Shown here: in pieces, positions 1 through 9,814 of the stretch
Layout of the letters: the number at the start of each line of letters is the position of its first letter
Position numbering within the stretch: the first letter of the stretch is position 1
Origin: an uncultured Acidobacteriaceae bacterium
Lineage (GTDB): Bacteria > Acidobacteriota > Terriglobia > Terriglobales > Acidobacteriaceae
DNA length: 64,000 bases
Reading direction: 5' to 3'
NCBI GenBank assembly: GCA_963794365.1
Contig: CAWCDV010000018.1
Coordinates: forward strand, 20,374-84,373
Made by a program: the position numbers and the translations under genes
The notes under the pieces: model-generated
The model's input: the letters and a program-made list of their open reading frames with translations, nothing else
The model's database searches: none
Told to the model about the DNA's origin: nothing

Positions 1-725
1 TGGGCCACGATTATTCCGGCGTCAAGCACAATGACTTCGTCGCCGAGGGCGAACACTTCCTCGCCATTGTGAGTGACGAAGAGAATCGGAACGCGGTGAT
101 TCTGGTTCCACCGCCGCAGGTCGCCGACGAGAGACGACTTCGTCGGACGGTCCAGCGCAGCCAGGGGCTCATCGAGCAGCAAGGCGCGCGGTTCGGTCAC
201 CAGGGCGCGCGCTAGCGCGACGCGCTGGCGCTCGCCTCCGGAGATTTGCGCGGGGCGCCGGTCGCGCAAGTGTTCGATGCGGAACGCCTCAAGCATCTCG
301 CGGCTGCGCGTTTGTCGTTCCGCCGCGCTCAGGGTGCGGAGACCGTAAGCGACGTTCTCCTCCGCAGTCAGGTGAGGGAAGAGCGCCAGGTCCTGATGTA
401 CATAACCGATGCGCCGTTTCCAGGCCGCGACGTTCCGCTTCTTCTCCGAGTCGTATAAGTCTTCGCCGCCAACGGCGATGCGCCCTTCGTCCGGATCGGT
501 GAGCCCGGCAATGCAATCGAGCAGCGTGGTTTTTCCCGCGCCCGACGCGCCGAACAGAATCGTGAACCCGGCAAGCGCGCGGAAGTGGACATTCAGGTTG
601 AAACTGCCCTCGGGATTAGGAAAACGTTTGCGGATGCGGACTTCGACGTCGGCAGAGATTGGCTGTGTCGTTGTCGCTGCTTGTAGTGCGGCTGGTGGCG
701 CGGGAGCTGTCTTTATTACCTCCAT
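1..725 (-). CDS. modC: Molybdate ABC transporter ATP-binding protein ModC; C-terminal end lies beyond the window start
   Basis: Absent from the ORF track because it is open at the window edge. My minus-strand translation from ATG at 725 gives MEVIKTAP...FTILFGASGAGKTTLLDCIAG (Walker A), QISGGERQRVALARAL (ABC signature) and LLLDEPLAALD (Walker B). The start overlaps the modB stop. Confidence 0.85.
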   Translation of the reverse strand, partial: MEVIKTAPAPPAALQAATTTQPISADVEVRIRKRFPNPEGSFNLNVHFRALAGFTILFGASGAGKTTLLDCIAGLTDPDEGRIAVGGEDLYDSEKKRNVAAWKRRIGYVHQDLALFPHLTAEENVAYGLRTLSAAERQTRSREMLEAFRIEHLRDRRPAQISGGERQRVALARALVTEPRALLLDEPLAALDRPTKSSLVGDLRRWNQNHRVPILFVTHNGEEVFALGDEVIVLDAGIIVA

Positions 726-1390
726 GGACCCACCGCCCATGGACGCCGGTTTGCTCCGTAAACAATCGACAGCACAAGGAATGAGATGGCCAGCAGCAGC
801 AAGGCCGTCTGGTTCGCACTGGAATAATTTGCAGTTTGCACCTGATCGTAAATATCAATCGAGATGGTGCGCGTTACGCCGGGAATGTTGCCTCCCACCA
901 TGAGGACAACCCCGAACTCGCCTAGCGTGTGCGCGAAGCTGAGCGCAAATCCCGTGACCAGCCCGGCTTTTGAGAGGGGAAGAACGATGCGGCGAAAGGT
1001 TTGCACCGGCGAATGACCGAGCGATGCCGAGGCGCGAAGCAGACTGGGATCGACCGCTCCGAAACTTGCCGCGAACGGTTGCACGGCGAATGGCAGACTG
1101 TATAACAAGGACCCAATCACCAGCCCTTCGAAAGTGAAAGCCAGCGTGTGGCCGGTGAGAGATTCCCACCAGCGGCCGAGTGGGCTCCGCGAACCGAGCG
1201 CCACCAGGACATAAAAGCCGAGCACGGTCGGCGGCAGGACGATGGGAAGCGCGACCGCGGCCTCGACCAGGAATTTCCAGCGCCAGCGCGAGTAAGTCAA
1301 CCAGTAGGCGATGGGGATTCCGATCGCAATCAGCAGCGTCGAGACGATGGCTGCTAGACGCACGGTCAGCCAGAACGCCTCCCAGTTCAT
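716..1390 (-). CDS. modB: Molybdate ABC transporter permease ModB
   Basis: 224-aa intact ORF with multiple TM segments. The cytoplasmic loop ASLGHSPVQTFRRIVLPLSKAGL is typical of ModB/CysTW permeases. Flanked by modA and modC. Confidence 0.9.
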   Translation of the reverse strand: MNWEAFWLTVRLAAIVSTLLIAIGIPIAYWLTYSRWRWKFLVEAAVALPIVLPPTVLGFYVLVALGSRSPLGRWWESLTGHTLAFTFEGLVIGSLLYSLPFAVQPFAASFGAVDPSLLRASASLGHSPVQTFRRIVLPLSKAGLVTGFALSFAHTLGEFGVVLMVGGNIPGVTRTISIDIYDQVQTANYSSANQTALLLLAISFLVLSIVYGANRRPWAVGPWR

Positions 1391-1439
1391 TGCACTCTTT
1401 CTCCTTTGGAATGCGTCTCCATTTCAACGCTTCTCCGAT

Positions 1440-2204
1440 TCAATGCGTCTCCGCGGGAAGGCTGAAGCCGTAACTGGTGAGCAGGGAAGCGGCCTCGGGG
1501 CTGCGCAAGAAGTCCAGAAATCTGCGGGCCGCATCCTGCTGTTTTGATCGCGAGAGCACGACCGCCGCCTGATTCAGCGTGGGATAGACATCGAGCGGGA
1601 CCGTCCAGTAGCGGCCTTTATCTTTCATTGCGGGGGCGAGCGCATGGGAGAGCGCGATCAGTCCCGCCTGGGCGTTGCCCGATTCCACGAACTGCGCTGC
1701 CTGCGACACGTTTTCTCCCACGACAAGGCGGCTCGAAACCTGATCGTAAATTCCGAAGTGCCGCAGCGCGGCTTCGGCAGCGCGGCCGTATGGCGCCGTC
1801 GCGGGATTCGCGACCGAAATCTTCTTGACCGATGGATCGAGCAAAGCTTTCATGCCGAGCTTCGATAAGTCCAGTTGCGAGTCGGCGGGCACCCACAGCA
1901 CCAGCCGGCCGACGGCATAACGATAAAGCGTATCTTTTTGCGCCAGCCCCTCGGCGATCAACTGCTGTGGGTATTCTTCATCGGCTGAGAAGAAGACGTC
2001 GAAGGGCGCGCCGTTTCGTATCTGATTGGTCAGATTGCCGGACGCGCCGAAGGATAGCTTCACCGTTTGCCCGGTCTTTTTCGTGTAGGCCTGGACGAGT
2101 TGCGGGAGGGCAGCGCTCATATCGGCCGCCGCAGCCACAGTGATTTCCTGAGCGGTTGCGAAGGCTCCAGTAAGCAGGAGGAGTAGCGCCAGTAATTTGC
2201 TCAT
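1440..2204 (-). CDS. modA: Periplasmic molybdate-binding protein ModA
   Basis: 254 aa with signal peptide MSKLLALLLLLTGAFATAQ. Strings SFGASGNL and ANPATAPYG are typical of ModA-type binding proteins. First gene of the modABC string. Confidence 0.85.
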   Translation of the reverse strand: MSKLLALLLLLTGAFATAQEITVAAAADMSAALPQLVQAYTKKTGQTVKLSFGASGNLTNQIRNGAPFDVFFSADEEYPQQLIAEGLAQKDTLYRYAVGRLVLWVPADSQLDLSKLGMKALLDPSVKKISVANPATAPYGRAAEAALRHFGIYDQVSSRLVVGENVSQAAQFVESGNAQAGLIALSHALAPAMKDKGRYWTVPLDVYPTLNQAAVVLSRSKQQDAARRFLDFLRSPEAASLLTSYGFSLPAETH

Positions 2205-2333
2205 CGCCGATTTCCGGGCCTTCCCTGGGAGTGGAGCTCAAATCGAGTTACAGCATACCTTATATCGGTTTCGTCTTCGACAGCGGAAGCTCCGCACCGG
2301 CTTGCCTATAACGGGCGCTGACCGAAACCTTGC

Positions 2334-2368
2334 TCACCACAGAGGGCACAGGGGATCACAGCGGAGTT
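2334..2368. repeat. Single arm of the CACAGRGG-word intergenic repeat family
   Basis: caccacagagggcacaggggatcacagcggag resembles both arms of the nested palindrome at 6353-6432. Confidence 0.6.
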
Positions 2369-2439
2369 CTGGGCAACGCAGTGTTGGAGGCCACGTATAA
2401 TCGTCTGTCATTTCATCGTCCGTCATTGCGGGAGGAATT

Positions 2440-4053
2440 TTGGCCTACGACGATCTGCGGGACTGGATCAAAGCACTCGACCGAGCGGGCGAACTGAAGC
2501 GCGTCCGCGTGGAAGCGGACCCAATTTTAGAGATCACGGAAATTACGGATCGAGTCTCAAAGAGTAAAGACGGGCAGGGAGTCATCGGCGGCAAAGCTCT
2601 ACTCTTCGAGAATCTTAAGGGCTACCCCGGTTCGCAACTTCTTATCAACCAGTTCGGCTCCGCCCGCCGTATGCGGCTCGCGCTTGAAGTCGATGCGCTT
2701 GACGAAGTCGCCGAGCGCATCCGCGGCTTCATGGATGTGAAGTCTCCGCAGGGCTTCCTCGACAAAGTGAAGATGCTGCCGATGCTGGCCGAGATGGGCA
2801 AGTTTTTTCCCAAGACCGTCGCCACCGGCCCATGTAAAGAAGTGATCAAGCGCGACAATTTTTCGTTGCTCGATTTCCCCATCCTCAAATGCTGGCCAAA
2901 GGATGGCGGACGCTTCATTACGCTGCCCTGCGTGATCACGCGCGATCCGAAGACCGGGAAGCGCAACGTCGGCATGTACCGCATGCAGATCTATGACGAG
3001 CGTACCGCCGGAATGCACTGGCAGCGGCAGAAAGTTGCGGCGGAACATTACCGCGACCGGATGCGGAACGCGAGTCTAGCTGCCGCGGATTCGCGACAGG
3101 AGCGGGTCGGAGACCCGTTGCCACACAACCTTAAGTCGGCGGCGGTCGACATCATGGCTCGCTCTTCGGGCGGTTCGATGCTTGCCGCCGGCGATCGTCC
3201 CACGGGCAGGATGGAGGTGGCCGTAGCCATCGGCACCGAGCCCGCGCTCACCTTCTCCGCCATCGTCCCCGCGCCGCCCGACGTTGAGGAGTACATCATC
3301 GCCGGATTCCTGCGGCAGAAGCCGGTCGAACTGGTGAAATGCGAGACGGTTGACCTCGAAGTTCCGGCCACTGCCGAGATCATCCTCGAAGGCTACGTCA
3401 ATCTCGACGAACTCCGCACCGAAGGCCCGTTCGGCGATCACACCGGCTTCTACTCGCTGGAAGACGAATATCCCGTGTTTCACGTTACCTGCATCACGCA
3501 CCGCAAAGACCCGATCTATGCGACGACCATCGTCGGCAAGCCGCCGCAGGAAGACGCTTGGATGGGCAAGGCGGTCGAGCGCATTTTTCTGCCGCTGATG
3601 AAGCTGACCATCCCCGAACTGGTGGACATCAACCTGCCCATCGAAGGCGTGTTCCACAACCTGATGATCGTTTCCATCCGCAAGTCCTATCCCGGACAGG
3701 CGCGCAAAGTGATGAACGCCATCTGGTCGCTGGGGCAGGCGATGTTCACCAAATGCATCATCGTAGTAGACGAAGACGTGGACGTGCAGGATATAGCCGA
3801 CGTCACCTTGAAAGTGCTGAACCATATCGATCCCGAGCGCGACATCCAGTTCACGCTGGGCCCAGTCGATTCGCTCGACCACGCCGCCCGCCTCGCGAAC
3901 TACGGCTCCAAGATGGGCATCGACGCCACGCGCAAGTGGTCGACCGAAGGCTTCGCGCGTCCCTGGCCGGACGAGATCGTGATGGACGCGAAGACTCGGG
4001 CGCTGGTGGATGGCAAGTGGAAGGCGCTGGCGAAGGAGTTGGGGATGGAATAG
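2440..4053 (+). CDS. UbiD-family (prenyl-FMN dependent) decarboxylase
   Basis: 537-aa intact ORF. N-terminus MAYDDLRDWIKALDRAGELKRV, then ...MYRMQIYDERTAGMHWQ... and GPFGDHTGFYS, are UbiD-family hallmarks from memory. Carries an extra segment of about 40 aa around residues 210-255. Confidence 0.85.
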   Translation: MAYDDLRDWIKALDRAGELKRVRVEADPILEITEITDRVSKSKDGQGVIGGKALLFENLKGYPGSQLLINQFGSARRMRLALEVDALDEVAERIRGFMDVKSPQGFLDKVKMLPMLAEMGKFFPKTVATGPCKEVIKRDNFSLLDFPILKCWPKDGGRFITLPCVITRDPKTGKRNVGMYRMQIYDERTAGMHWQRQKVAAEHYRDRMRNASLAAADSRQERVGDPLPHNLKSAAVDIMARSSGGSMLAAGDRPTGRMEVAVAIGTEPALTFSAIVPAPPDVEEYIIAGFLRQKPVELVKCETVDLEVPATAEIILEGYVNLDELRTEGPFGDHTGFYSLEDEYPVFHVTCITHRKDPIYATTIVGKPPQEDAWMGKAVERIFLPLMKLTIPELVDINLPIEGVFHNLMIVSIRKSYPGQARKVMNAIWSLGQAMFTKCIIVVDEDVDVQDIADVTLKVLNHIDPERDIQFTLGPVDSLDHAARLANYGSKMGIDATRKWSTEGFARPWPDEIVMDAKTRALVDGKWKALAKELGME

Positions 4054-4231
4054 AGATGGAATAAAGCGAGCGCGTGGATCCTTTGGGAGGTTTGGAAAGT
4101 CTGTGCCCCACCTGCATTAAGAATCGGCGGGCTTGTCGGTCGCTGGCGAACTGCAGATCCCTCCTTCGTTCGGGACGACAATTCGGAGGGGTGCTGATTT
4201 TCGGACGGGGTTTTCGGAGGGGGGTTGATTT

Positions 4232-5446
4232 TTACCCCGCGGTGGTGCGGTTCCTACCGGAGCGCTTGCTCTGGTACATCAGCTCGTCCGCTCTCCGAAT
4301 CGCGGTTGCCGCGGAATCGTTGTGGTTCAGCAGGGTCGCGCCGATGGACGCCGTGACCGACACCCGGGTGGCGCCGTGTGCGACCGAGGACTGCGCGATC
4401 AGGAGCCGGCAGCGCTCGGCCAGATCGCCTAAGACCATAGCCTGCACGTCCGGCATCAAGACCAGAAACTCCTCCCCACCCAAACGGCCGACAAGGTCCA
4501 CGGTGCGCAGGCTCTGCACCAGGGTCTCCGCGACCGCTTTCAGCACGGCATCGCCTGCTTCGTGACCGTGGGCGTCATTGACTTGCTTGAAGTGGTCAAG
4601 GTCGAACAGCAGCAGCCCGCACTCCCGGCCAAACTGATGATGATCCTGCAAGGCCTGCGCTAACTTCAGTTCCAGGTATCGCCGATTCGGCAGGTTGGTC
4701 AGGGCATCGCGGAAGGCCAAGTGCTCCAGTTCGCCAACTCGTTTTTCGGCTCGCCGCTTGGCGGTGGAATCACTGAAAACCTCCACCGCTCCTACGATTG
4801 CACCGGCACTATTCCGCATGGGCAGGACGCGCACACTAATCGGCACACGATGACCGTCCTTGTGACGGAGGTAGATCTCGGCTTCTCTGGCTTGCCCGTC
4901 GGCCATCGCGGCGCTGAGCGGACATCCGCTGGTGCACAGCGGCTTGCCCGTCTCATCCACGTGCGCCAGGAAGTTGTCGAAACAGTGCTTTCCGATGGCA
5001 TCCGCGGAGCTATACCCAGTCAGCCTCTCGGCGCCCGCATTCCAATACGTCATCTTGCGATCCCGGTTTACGAAATAGACGCCGTCATACATGGTGTCCA
5101 ACAGCTTTTCGTAAAATGAAGAGGAGAAGCGGACGCCCCACAGGGTTTCGCACGACTGGTCCATGCCAACTCCGTAGAGGAATCCTTTGGTGTGCGGTCC
5201 TAACGGCGCCACCACGCGGCCTATGGCCTGTTCTTTGGAGCCGACCCGGCGTAAGGAAATCTCCTGGTCGGGCTGCAGGAATCGCGGCAGGGGCAGAGAG
5301 CATCCGTAGAGGCTGACCGCGGTCGTCTTGGTTTTCACGCGGAAACGCTTCCCGGAGGGATCAATCCCCGAGGCCACCACCGGAAACGCGATCGGTAGGC
5401 GGTCGCTGCGCCGGCGAGCCATGGTGCTTTGTGGGGGAGTTTCCAT
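4232..5446 (-). CDS. PilZ-like / PAS / GGDEF diguanylate cyclase
   Basis: 404 aa. N-terminus has RRRSDR ... VSLYG (PilZ-like RxxxR and xSxxG). PAS segment YDGVYFVNRDRKMTYWNAGAERLTGY. C-terminal GGDEF domain has active site GGEEF, preceded five residues upstream by RTVD (RxxD I-site). Confidence 0.85.
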   Translation of the reverse strand: METPPQSTMARRRSDRLPIAFPVVASGIDPSGKRFRVKTKTTAVSLYGCSLPLPRFLQPDQEISLRRVGSKEQAIGRVVAPLGPHTKGFLYGVGMDQSCETLWGVRFSSSFYEKLLDTMYDGVYFVNRDRKMTYWNAGAERLTGYSSADAIGKHCFDNFLAHVDETGKPLCTSGCPLSAAMADGQAREAEIYLRHKDGHRVPISVRVLPMRNSAGAIVGAVEVFSDSTAKRRAEKRVGELEHLAFRDALTNLPNRRYLELKLAQALQDHHQFGRECGLLLFDLDHFKQVNDAHGHEAGDAVLKAVAETLVQSLRTVDLVGRLGGEEFLVLMPDVQAMVLGDLAERCRLLIAQSSVAHGATRVSVTASIGATLLNHNDSAATAIRRADELMYQSKRSGRNRTTAG

Positions 5447-5781
5447 GTTTTTGTGTAGCTTCCCTAGGCAGTGTGCCGGGTTCCAGGATTAGTTTCAATG
5501 GCTTAAAGCCTTTCGCGCATTACTTTTGTCACGGTACTAACGGGTCCACGGGCAAGGGCTCTTTTCGGCTTCGTTGTGACAGGGACTGACGGCGGCGTGG
5601 CTGGTCTCACCGTTTAGGTACTTATTTCGCACTTTGCGACCGTGGATTCCAGCGCGGGCGCCCCCCGGCACAAAAGTTCGGCCTTGAGCCTCCTGCCGAC
5701 TTGTGTTCTCATTAGGGAACGACGCGGCCCGTGGGGGCTCGTCTGCGCGCTTAGACCTCAACCCTCAGCCTCATCTTTAGT

Positions 5782-5815
5782 GAACACCAGAGTGGAACAC
5801 CAGAGCGGAACACCA
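5782..5815 (+). repeat. 13-nt direct repeat (about 2.6 copies) immediately upstream of the VOC gene
   Basis: gaacaccagagtg / gaacaccagagcg / gaacacc, directly followed by ATGAGGAGAAGAATCATG. Confidence 0.75.
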
Positions 5816-5829
5816 TGAGGAGAAGAATC

Positions 5830-6297
5830 ATGAAGAAAGTCAGCTACATTCCCAAGGGATACAACACCGTTACGCCGTACCTCGTCATCAAGGGCGCCGC
5901 GAAAGCGATCGAGTATTACAAGAACGTTTTCGGAGCAACCGAAGTCATGCGCATGGATGGTCCCGACGGCAAGGTCGGCCATGCCGAGCTGAAGATCGGC
6001 GACTCGCACATCATGCTGGCCGACGAAAACCCGAGCATGGGCTACCGCAGCGCCGAGACCATCGGCGCGTCTCCGGTGAGCCTGCTGGTGTACCTTCCCG
6101 ATTGCGACAAGGTCGTCGCAAAGGCGGTCGCGGAGGGAGCGAAAATCCTGAAGCCGGTCGAGGACCAGTTCTACGGAGATCGCTCGGGCTTCATCCAGGA
6201 CCCGTTCGGGCATCTCTGGGCCGTCGCGACGCACAAGGAAGACTTGTCCCCGCAAGAGATGGAAGAACGCATGAAGAAAGTGATGCAGGCCGCTTGA
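5830..6297 (+). CDS. VOC / glyoxalase-family protein (PhnB-like)
   Basis: ORF 5815..6297. I prefer the ATG at 5830 because GAGGAG lies 8 nt upstream of it. MKKVSYIPKGYNTVTPYLVIKGAAKAIEYYKNVFGA...GDRSGFIQDPFGHLWAV matches the PhnB-like VOC family. Confidence 0.75.
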   Translation: MKKVSYIPKGYNTVTPYLVIKGAAKAIEYYKNVFGATEVMRMDGPDGKVGHAELKIGDSHIMLADENPSMGYRSAETIGASPVSLLVYLPDCDKVVAKAVAEGAKILKPVEDQFYGDRSGFIQDPFGHLWAVATHKEDLSPQEMEERMKKVMQAA

Positions 6298-6475
6298 CGA
6301 CGGCTCTTGGCTTAGCTCTTGGCTCTTAGCTCTTAGCTGGGCCGAACTCAGAAGGTTTCTCCTGTGTACCTCTGTGTCCACTGTGGTTGAGAATTAGAAG
6401 CTTGAACCACAGGGGACATAGAGTGCACAGGGGAGCCAATTTTGGCTAAAGGCTAAGAGCTAAGAGATCGGCGAT
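6298..6475. repeat. Nested imperfect palindrome of about 175 bp between the VOC gene and bcp
   Basis: Outer arms are ctcttagctcttagc (left) and gctaagagctaagag (right). Inner arms are cctgtgtacctctgtgtccactgtggtt and aaccacaggggacatagagtgcacagg, with about 80% complementarity. Confidence 0.8.
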
Positions 6476-6551
6476 TGTGTGCGCGTTCTCCGAATGCGCG
6501 TCTCTGTCGACCACGCAAAATTACACCCACAACCTTAGAAAGGAACTTCCA

Positions 6552-7004
6552 ATGCTTTCCGCTGGCAATCCCTTTCCGAATTTTTCGCTTCCCAACCAGG
6601 ACGGCAAGATCACCAAGCTCTCCGACTTCGCCGGACACTGGCTCGTCGTTTACTTTTATCCGAAAGACGACACGCCCGGCTGCACCATCCAGGGCAAATC
6701 GTTTACGGCGACCAAGGCCGATTTCGACGCTGCCGGGATCAAAGTCATTGGCGTGAGCGCCGACGACGTTGCCTCGCACAAGAACTTCTGCAACAAGTTC
6801 GCCTTCACCATCGACTTGCTCTCCGACACCGATGCCAGCCTGATGAAGGCGCTCGGCATCGGCCAGGCGGAATGGAAGGGGATGAAGTTCTGGGAGCGCA
6901 CCAGTTTCGTGGTCGATCCCAAGGGCGTGATCCGCAAGGTGTACGAAAAGGTGAATCCCGAAGGCCACGAAAAAGTGCTGCTCGACGACATCGGGAATCT
7001 CTAG
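6552..7004 (+). CDS. bcp: Peroxiredoxin Bcp (thiol peroxidase)
   Basis: Within ORF 6477..7004, the conserved protein starts at MLSAGNPFPNFSLPNQDGKITKLSDFAGHWLVVYFYPKDDTPGCTIQ, which includes the peroxidatic Cys motif. Confidence 0.85.
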   Translation: MLSAGNPFPNFSLPNQDGKITKLSDFAGHWLVVYFYPKDDTPGCTIQGKSFTATKADFDAAGIKVIGVSADDVASHKNFCNKFAFTIDLLSDTDASLMKALGIGQAEWKGMKFWERTSFVVDPKGVIRKVYEKVNPEGHEKVLLDDIGNL

Positions 7005-7077
7005 GCAAAGGCGGCCTGAGTAACAGGGCGGACGCGGTTGACCTCGGCGGCTAAACAGAGTGCTGAAAAACTCAAGT

Positions 7078-7380
7078 CTCGTATCAGGGCATCGCTTCAG
7101 CGATGCCGTAAGTTCTTTGAATTGAGATGCCCCTTTAGGGGCTGTGCGCCGAAACCGAGTTTTTCAGATCAGTAAAGCCGCCATGATTTTGCGACACTTA
7201 CGGCGCGGCTGAAGCCGCGCCCTTCAAAGCAAAGTGAAAGCCCGAGTTTTTCCGCAGTGTAAAGCCGAATCTGAAAACAAGCCGGTGATCGCAACGCTAA
7301 AGCGCGCCACCCAAAATCGGACGCGCGAAAGTTTTTCCGCGGCTGAGACGCGGCAAGCCGCGTCTCTACGATTCAGGATG
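7078..7380. repeat. Cluster of REP-like small hairpins (family A plus others)
   Basis: Hairpins seen: gtatcagggcatcgcttcagcgatgcc (GGCATCGC/GCGATGCC), gcccctttaggggc, ggcgcggctgaagccgcgcc and gagacgcggcaagccgcgtctc. Related copies lie at 23474-23620 and 37745-37885. Confidence 0.8.
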
Positions 7381-7384
7381 CTGC

Positions 7385-8645
7385 CTATTCCGCAAGCGGG
7401 TCGGTGGCGAACTCCGATCCACTACCGCTGCCGCCCCAGGGCCGGCGCAGCGTTCCAGCCAGGCCTTCCGCCATCACCGCGGGCAGAATGCGGTACAACC
7501 GCGAGCGCAAATCGCGGTAGCCCTGAATCCCGGCAAAAAGATCGCTCATCAGCTCGCGAAAGCTCGCGCTTTGCGCGGTTAGCGACACCATCCGCTCCAG
7601 CACGCTGTCCCCGAAAACCTGTCCGCTGTAGAAACGCTGCGAAACGCGCGCCGCCAGCCTCAATTCGGGGAGCATCTCTTCTTCCAGCTGGACCTGGTAC
7701 TCGGCAGGTCGTCCGGCCAACAGCGCGCTCGGCGCACAACTCCGCCGAGCGAAGCGCGTAGTAGAGACCTTCTCCGGTAATCGGGTCCACCAGGCCGGCA
7801 CTGTCGCCGACCATGGCCCAGCCTTCGCCGCAGACTTCCAGCGTTTCGAACGTCTGCGGCGCGAAAGGACGGAAGAATGTGCGAGTAGAAGCGGGCTCCG
7901 TCCAAATGGGCGATTTCCATTCGAGCCGCTGTTCTTGAGCCTGCTCTCCAGCCATGTTCCAGCCATGCTCCAGTATGCGGCGCAACTCGGCGGTCGAGGT
8001 CTCGCCCATCTTGCCCGCGATTCCGGCGGAAACATGATCCGTGCGAGGGAAGACCCAGATATAGCCGGTGATTCCCTTCAGAAACTGAATCTGCATCAGC
8101 GAACTGCGGCCGGGGATGAAGTAGCCCGCCGTGACCATCAGATCGCTCGGGGAAATCGGCGGGAGGAACTGGGCGCGGAACGGATTGCGCGCGCCCGCCG
8201 CCAGAATCAGATAGGAGGCGCGGTATTCACCCTGCGGCGTGATCAGTTGCCAGTCTCCGCTGCCGTTCCTGCAATTCGCGTGACGCGCTCCTGTGCGCAC
8301 TTCCACACGCCGGCGCGCCGCGCTCGTTCCAGCAGCAATCCATTCAGCGCCAGGCGCGAGAAGATCGCGACCGGGTGCTGCATGTGGAAGCGCACCCGCT
8401 GTCCCGACGGACTGATCAACTCGCAGTGCGCAACCGGATTGCTTGCGCTCCGGCTTCCGCCAGAAACGGATACTGCTGCAAAGCTTTGTGCGTGAGTCCG
8501 CCGCCGCAAGGCTTCTCCCAGGCCAGCTTTTCGTCGAAGAGAAGGACGTTCCTGCCTCCCGCCGCCAGCAGCGCACTGCCAGAGCGCCCGCAGGACCGCC
8601 TCCGACAATCGCAATGGGATGTTGCGCGTACATGTTCGGTCGCAC
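7385..8645 (-). pseudogene. FAD-dependent geranylgeranyl-reductase-family oxidoreductase, frame-disrupted as assembled (at least 4 slips)
   Basis: Homology runs through five segments: HPIAIVGGGPAG (7422..8645 frame), then ALLAAGGRNVLLFDEKLAWEKPCGGGLTHKAL (8416..8709), then ELISPSGQRVRFHMQHPVAIFSRLALNGLLLERARRAG (8243..8701). It continues with GYIWVFPRTDHVSAGI...VGDSAGLVDPITGEGLYYALRSAEL (7422..8645) and the tail in 7385..8035. Confidence 0.7.
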
Positions 8646-8775
8646 ATGTTCGGTCGCGGATTTTCCGCAGCGGAAACAGGCCCGCCTGCGGGCAGCAACA
8701 TTGCGCCACCGCTCTCGCGCGTTCTCCCCGAGGCGGGGTTGGCCAGGATTTTCCGCGAATCCGCGAGGCTCGCGT

Positions 8776-9102
8776 TTATTGCGGCGTGGTGGCGATGTTC
8801 AGCCCCTGATAGATGAACAATCCCGCAATGACCAGGATCATGGCCCCCGACAACGCGCCGAGCACCTTGACGATCGGTGTGATCTTTCTCATCTTGGCCA
8901 GAATTTCCGTTTGATCCTTATGCATCTGGGATTCGGTTTCATTGAGGAAGATGGAATCGTCCTCGTGCATGGTGAGAGTGCTTTTGTAGATCAGGAGGAC
9001 GATGAGGATCGCGGTCAGAATACCCCACGCGATCAGCAGCCTGAACATAGGAGACATATGCCACCTCGGAGCTGAGATCGAGCCCATCCCCGAAGTTGCC
9101 AT
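8776..9102 (-). CDS. Small two-TM membrane protein, function unknown
   Basis: 108-aa ORF with two hydrophobic helices (FRLLIAWGILTAILIVLLIY and VLGALSGAMILVIAGLFIY). Lies directly upstream of the reductase-like gene. The start could be the internal ATG at 9057. Confidence 0.5.
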   Translation of the reverse strand: MATSGMGSISAPRWHMSPMFRLLIAWGILTAILIVLLIYKSTLTMHEDDSIFLNETESQMHKDQTEILAKMRKITPIVKVLGALSGAMILVIAGLFIYQGLNIATTPQ

Positions 9103-9317
9103 CTTGAGCTCCAGCGAAAACGTCCTGCCACCGCTGGCGTTCGGGTAAGGCCCTTACTGCGCACGATTATAGACCCCTTGGCAAGAGGGGGCAGCGACTT
9201 CTTGCCTACCCGAAGCATCTAACGGGTAGATTTGGAAGAAGTGCCGGCTTGGCGAAAAGCCTTGCCGAGCCGGCTGCAACCTTTGCTATAATAATGAATT
9301 ACAAGGAGATCAAACAG

Positions 9318-9680
9318 ATGGCAACCACCACCACCCCCGAAGTTCAGCCCAAAACCGCGCCGGTTCTGACCCCGACCGCGATTGCCAAGGTCAAGGAAAT
9401 CATGGCTTCGCAGAATCCGGTTCCGGCGGGATTGCGGTTCTCGGTGGTCGGGGGCGGTTGCTCCGGCTTCCAGTATTCCATGGCCTTCGAGAACGGCGCC
9501 GGCATGATGGACAAGGTGTTCGATTTTGACGGCTTGAAGGTATACGTCGATGCCACCTCCCTGATGTATCTCGGCGGCGCGCATGTCGATTACGTCGAGA
9601 CCCTGGAAGGCGCAGGGTTCAAGTTCGAAAACCCGAACGTGAAGAGCACCTGCGGCTGCGGCTCTTCGTTCAACGTTTAA
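9318..9680 (+). CDS. erpA: Iron-sulfur cluster insertion protein, HesB/IscA/ErpA family
   Basis: Within ORF 9249..9680. MATTTTPE...LRFSVVGGGCSGFQYSMAF...KFENPNVKSTCGCGSSFNV carries the family Cys motifs. Confidence 0.85.
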   Translation: MATTTTPEVQPKTAPVLTPTAIAKVKEIMASQNPVPAGLRFSVVGGGCSGFQYSMAFENGAGMMDKVFDFDGLKVYVDATSLMYLGGAHVDYVETLEGAGFKFENPNVKSTCGCGSSFNV

Positions 9681-9814
9681 GCTTTCACTGGTGCGGATTC
9701 GCCATAGTCGATTGACTCTGACGTTCTGGCGTAAGTACTCTGGTTTCAGCAAGCCCCGCTTCGATGCGGGGCTTTTCTAGGCCGCTTTTTGCGGAAGTTA
9801 CTGGAATGCGAAGT

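Noticed and set aside
2267-2329. Molybdenum-cofactor riboswitch in the modA leader
   Set aside because: The leader does fold: a 7-bp stem GGTTTCG/CGAAACC encloses the hairpin GCGGA-gct-TCCGC. I could not match the conserved Moco-motif nucleotides from memory, so an Infernal scan with RF01055 is needed before any call.
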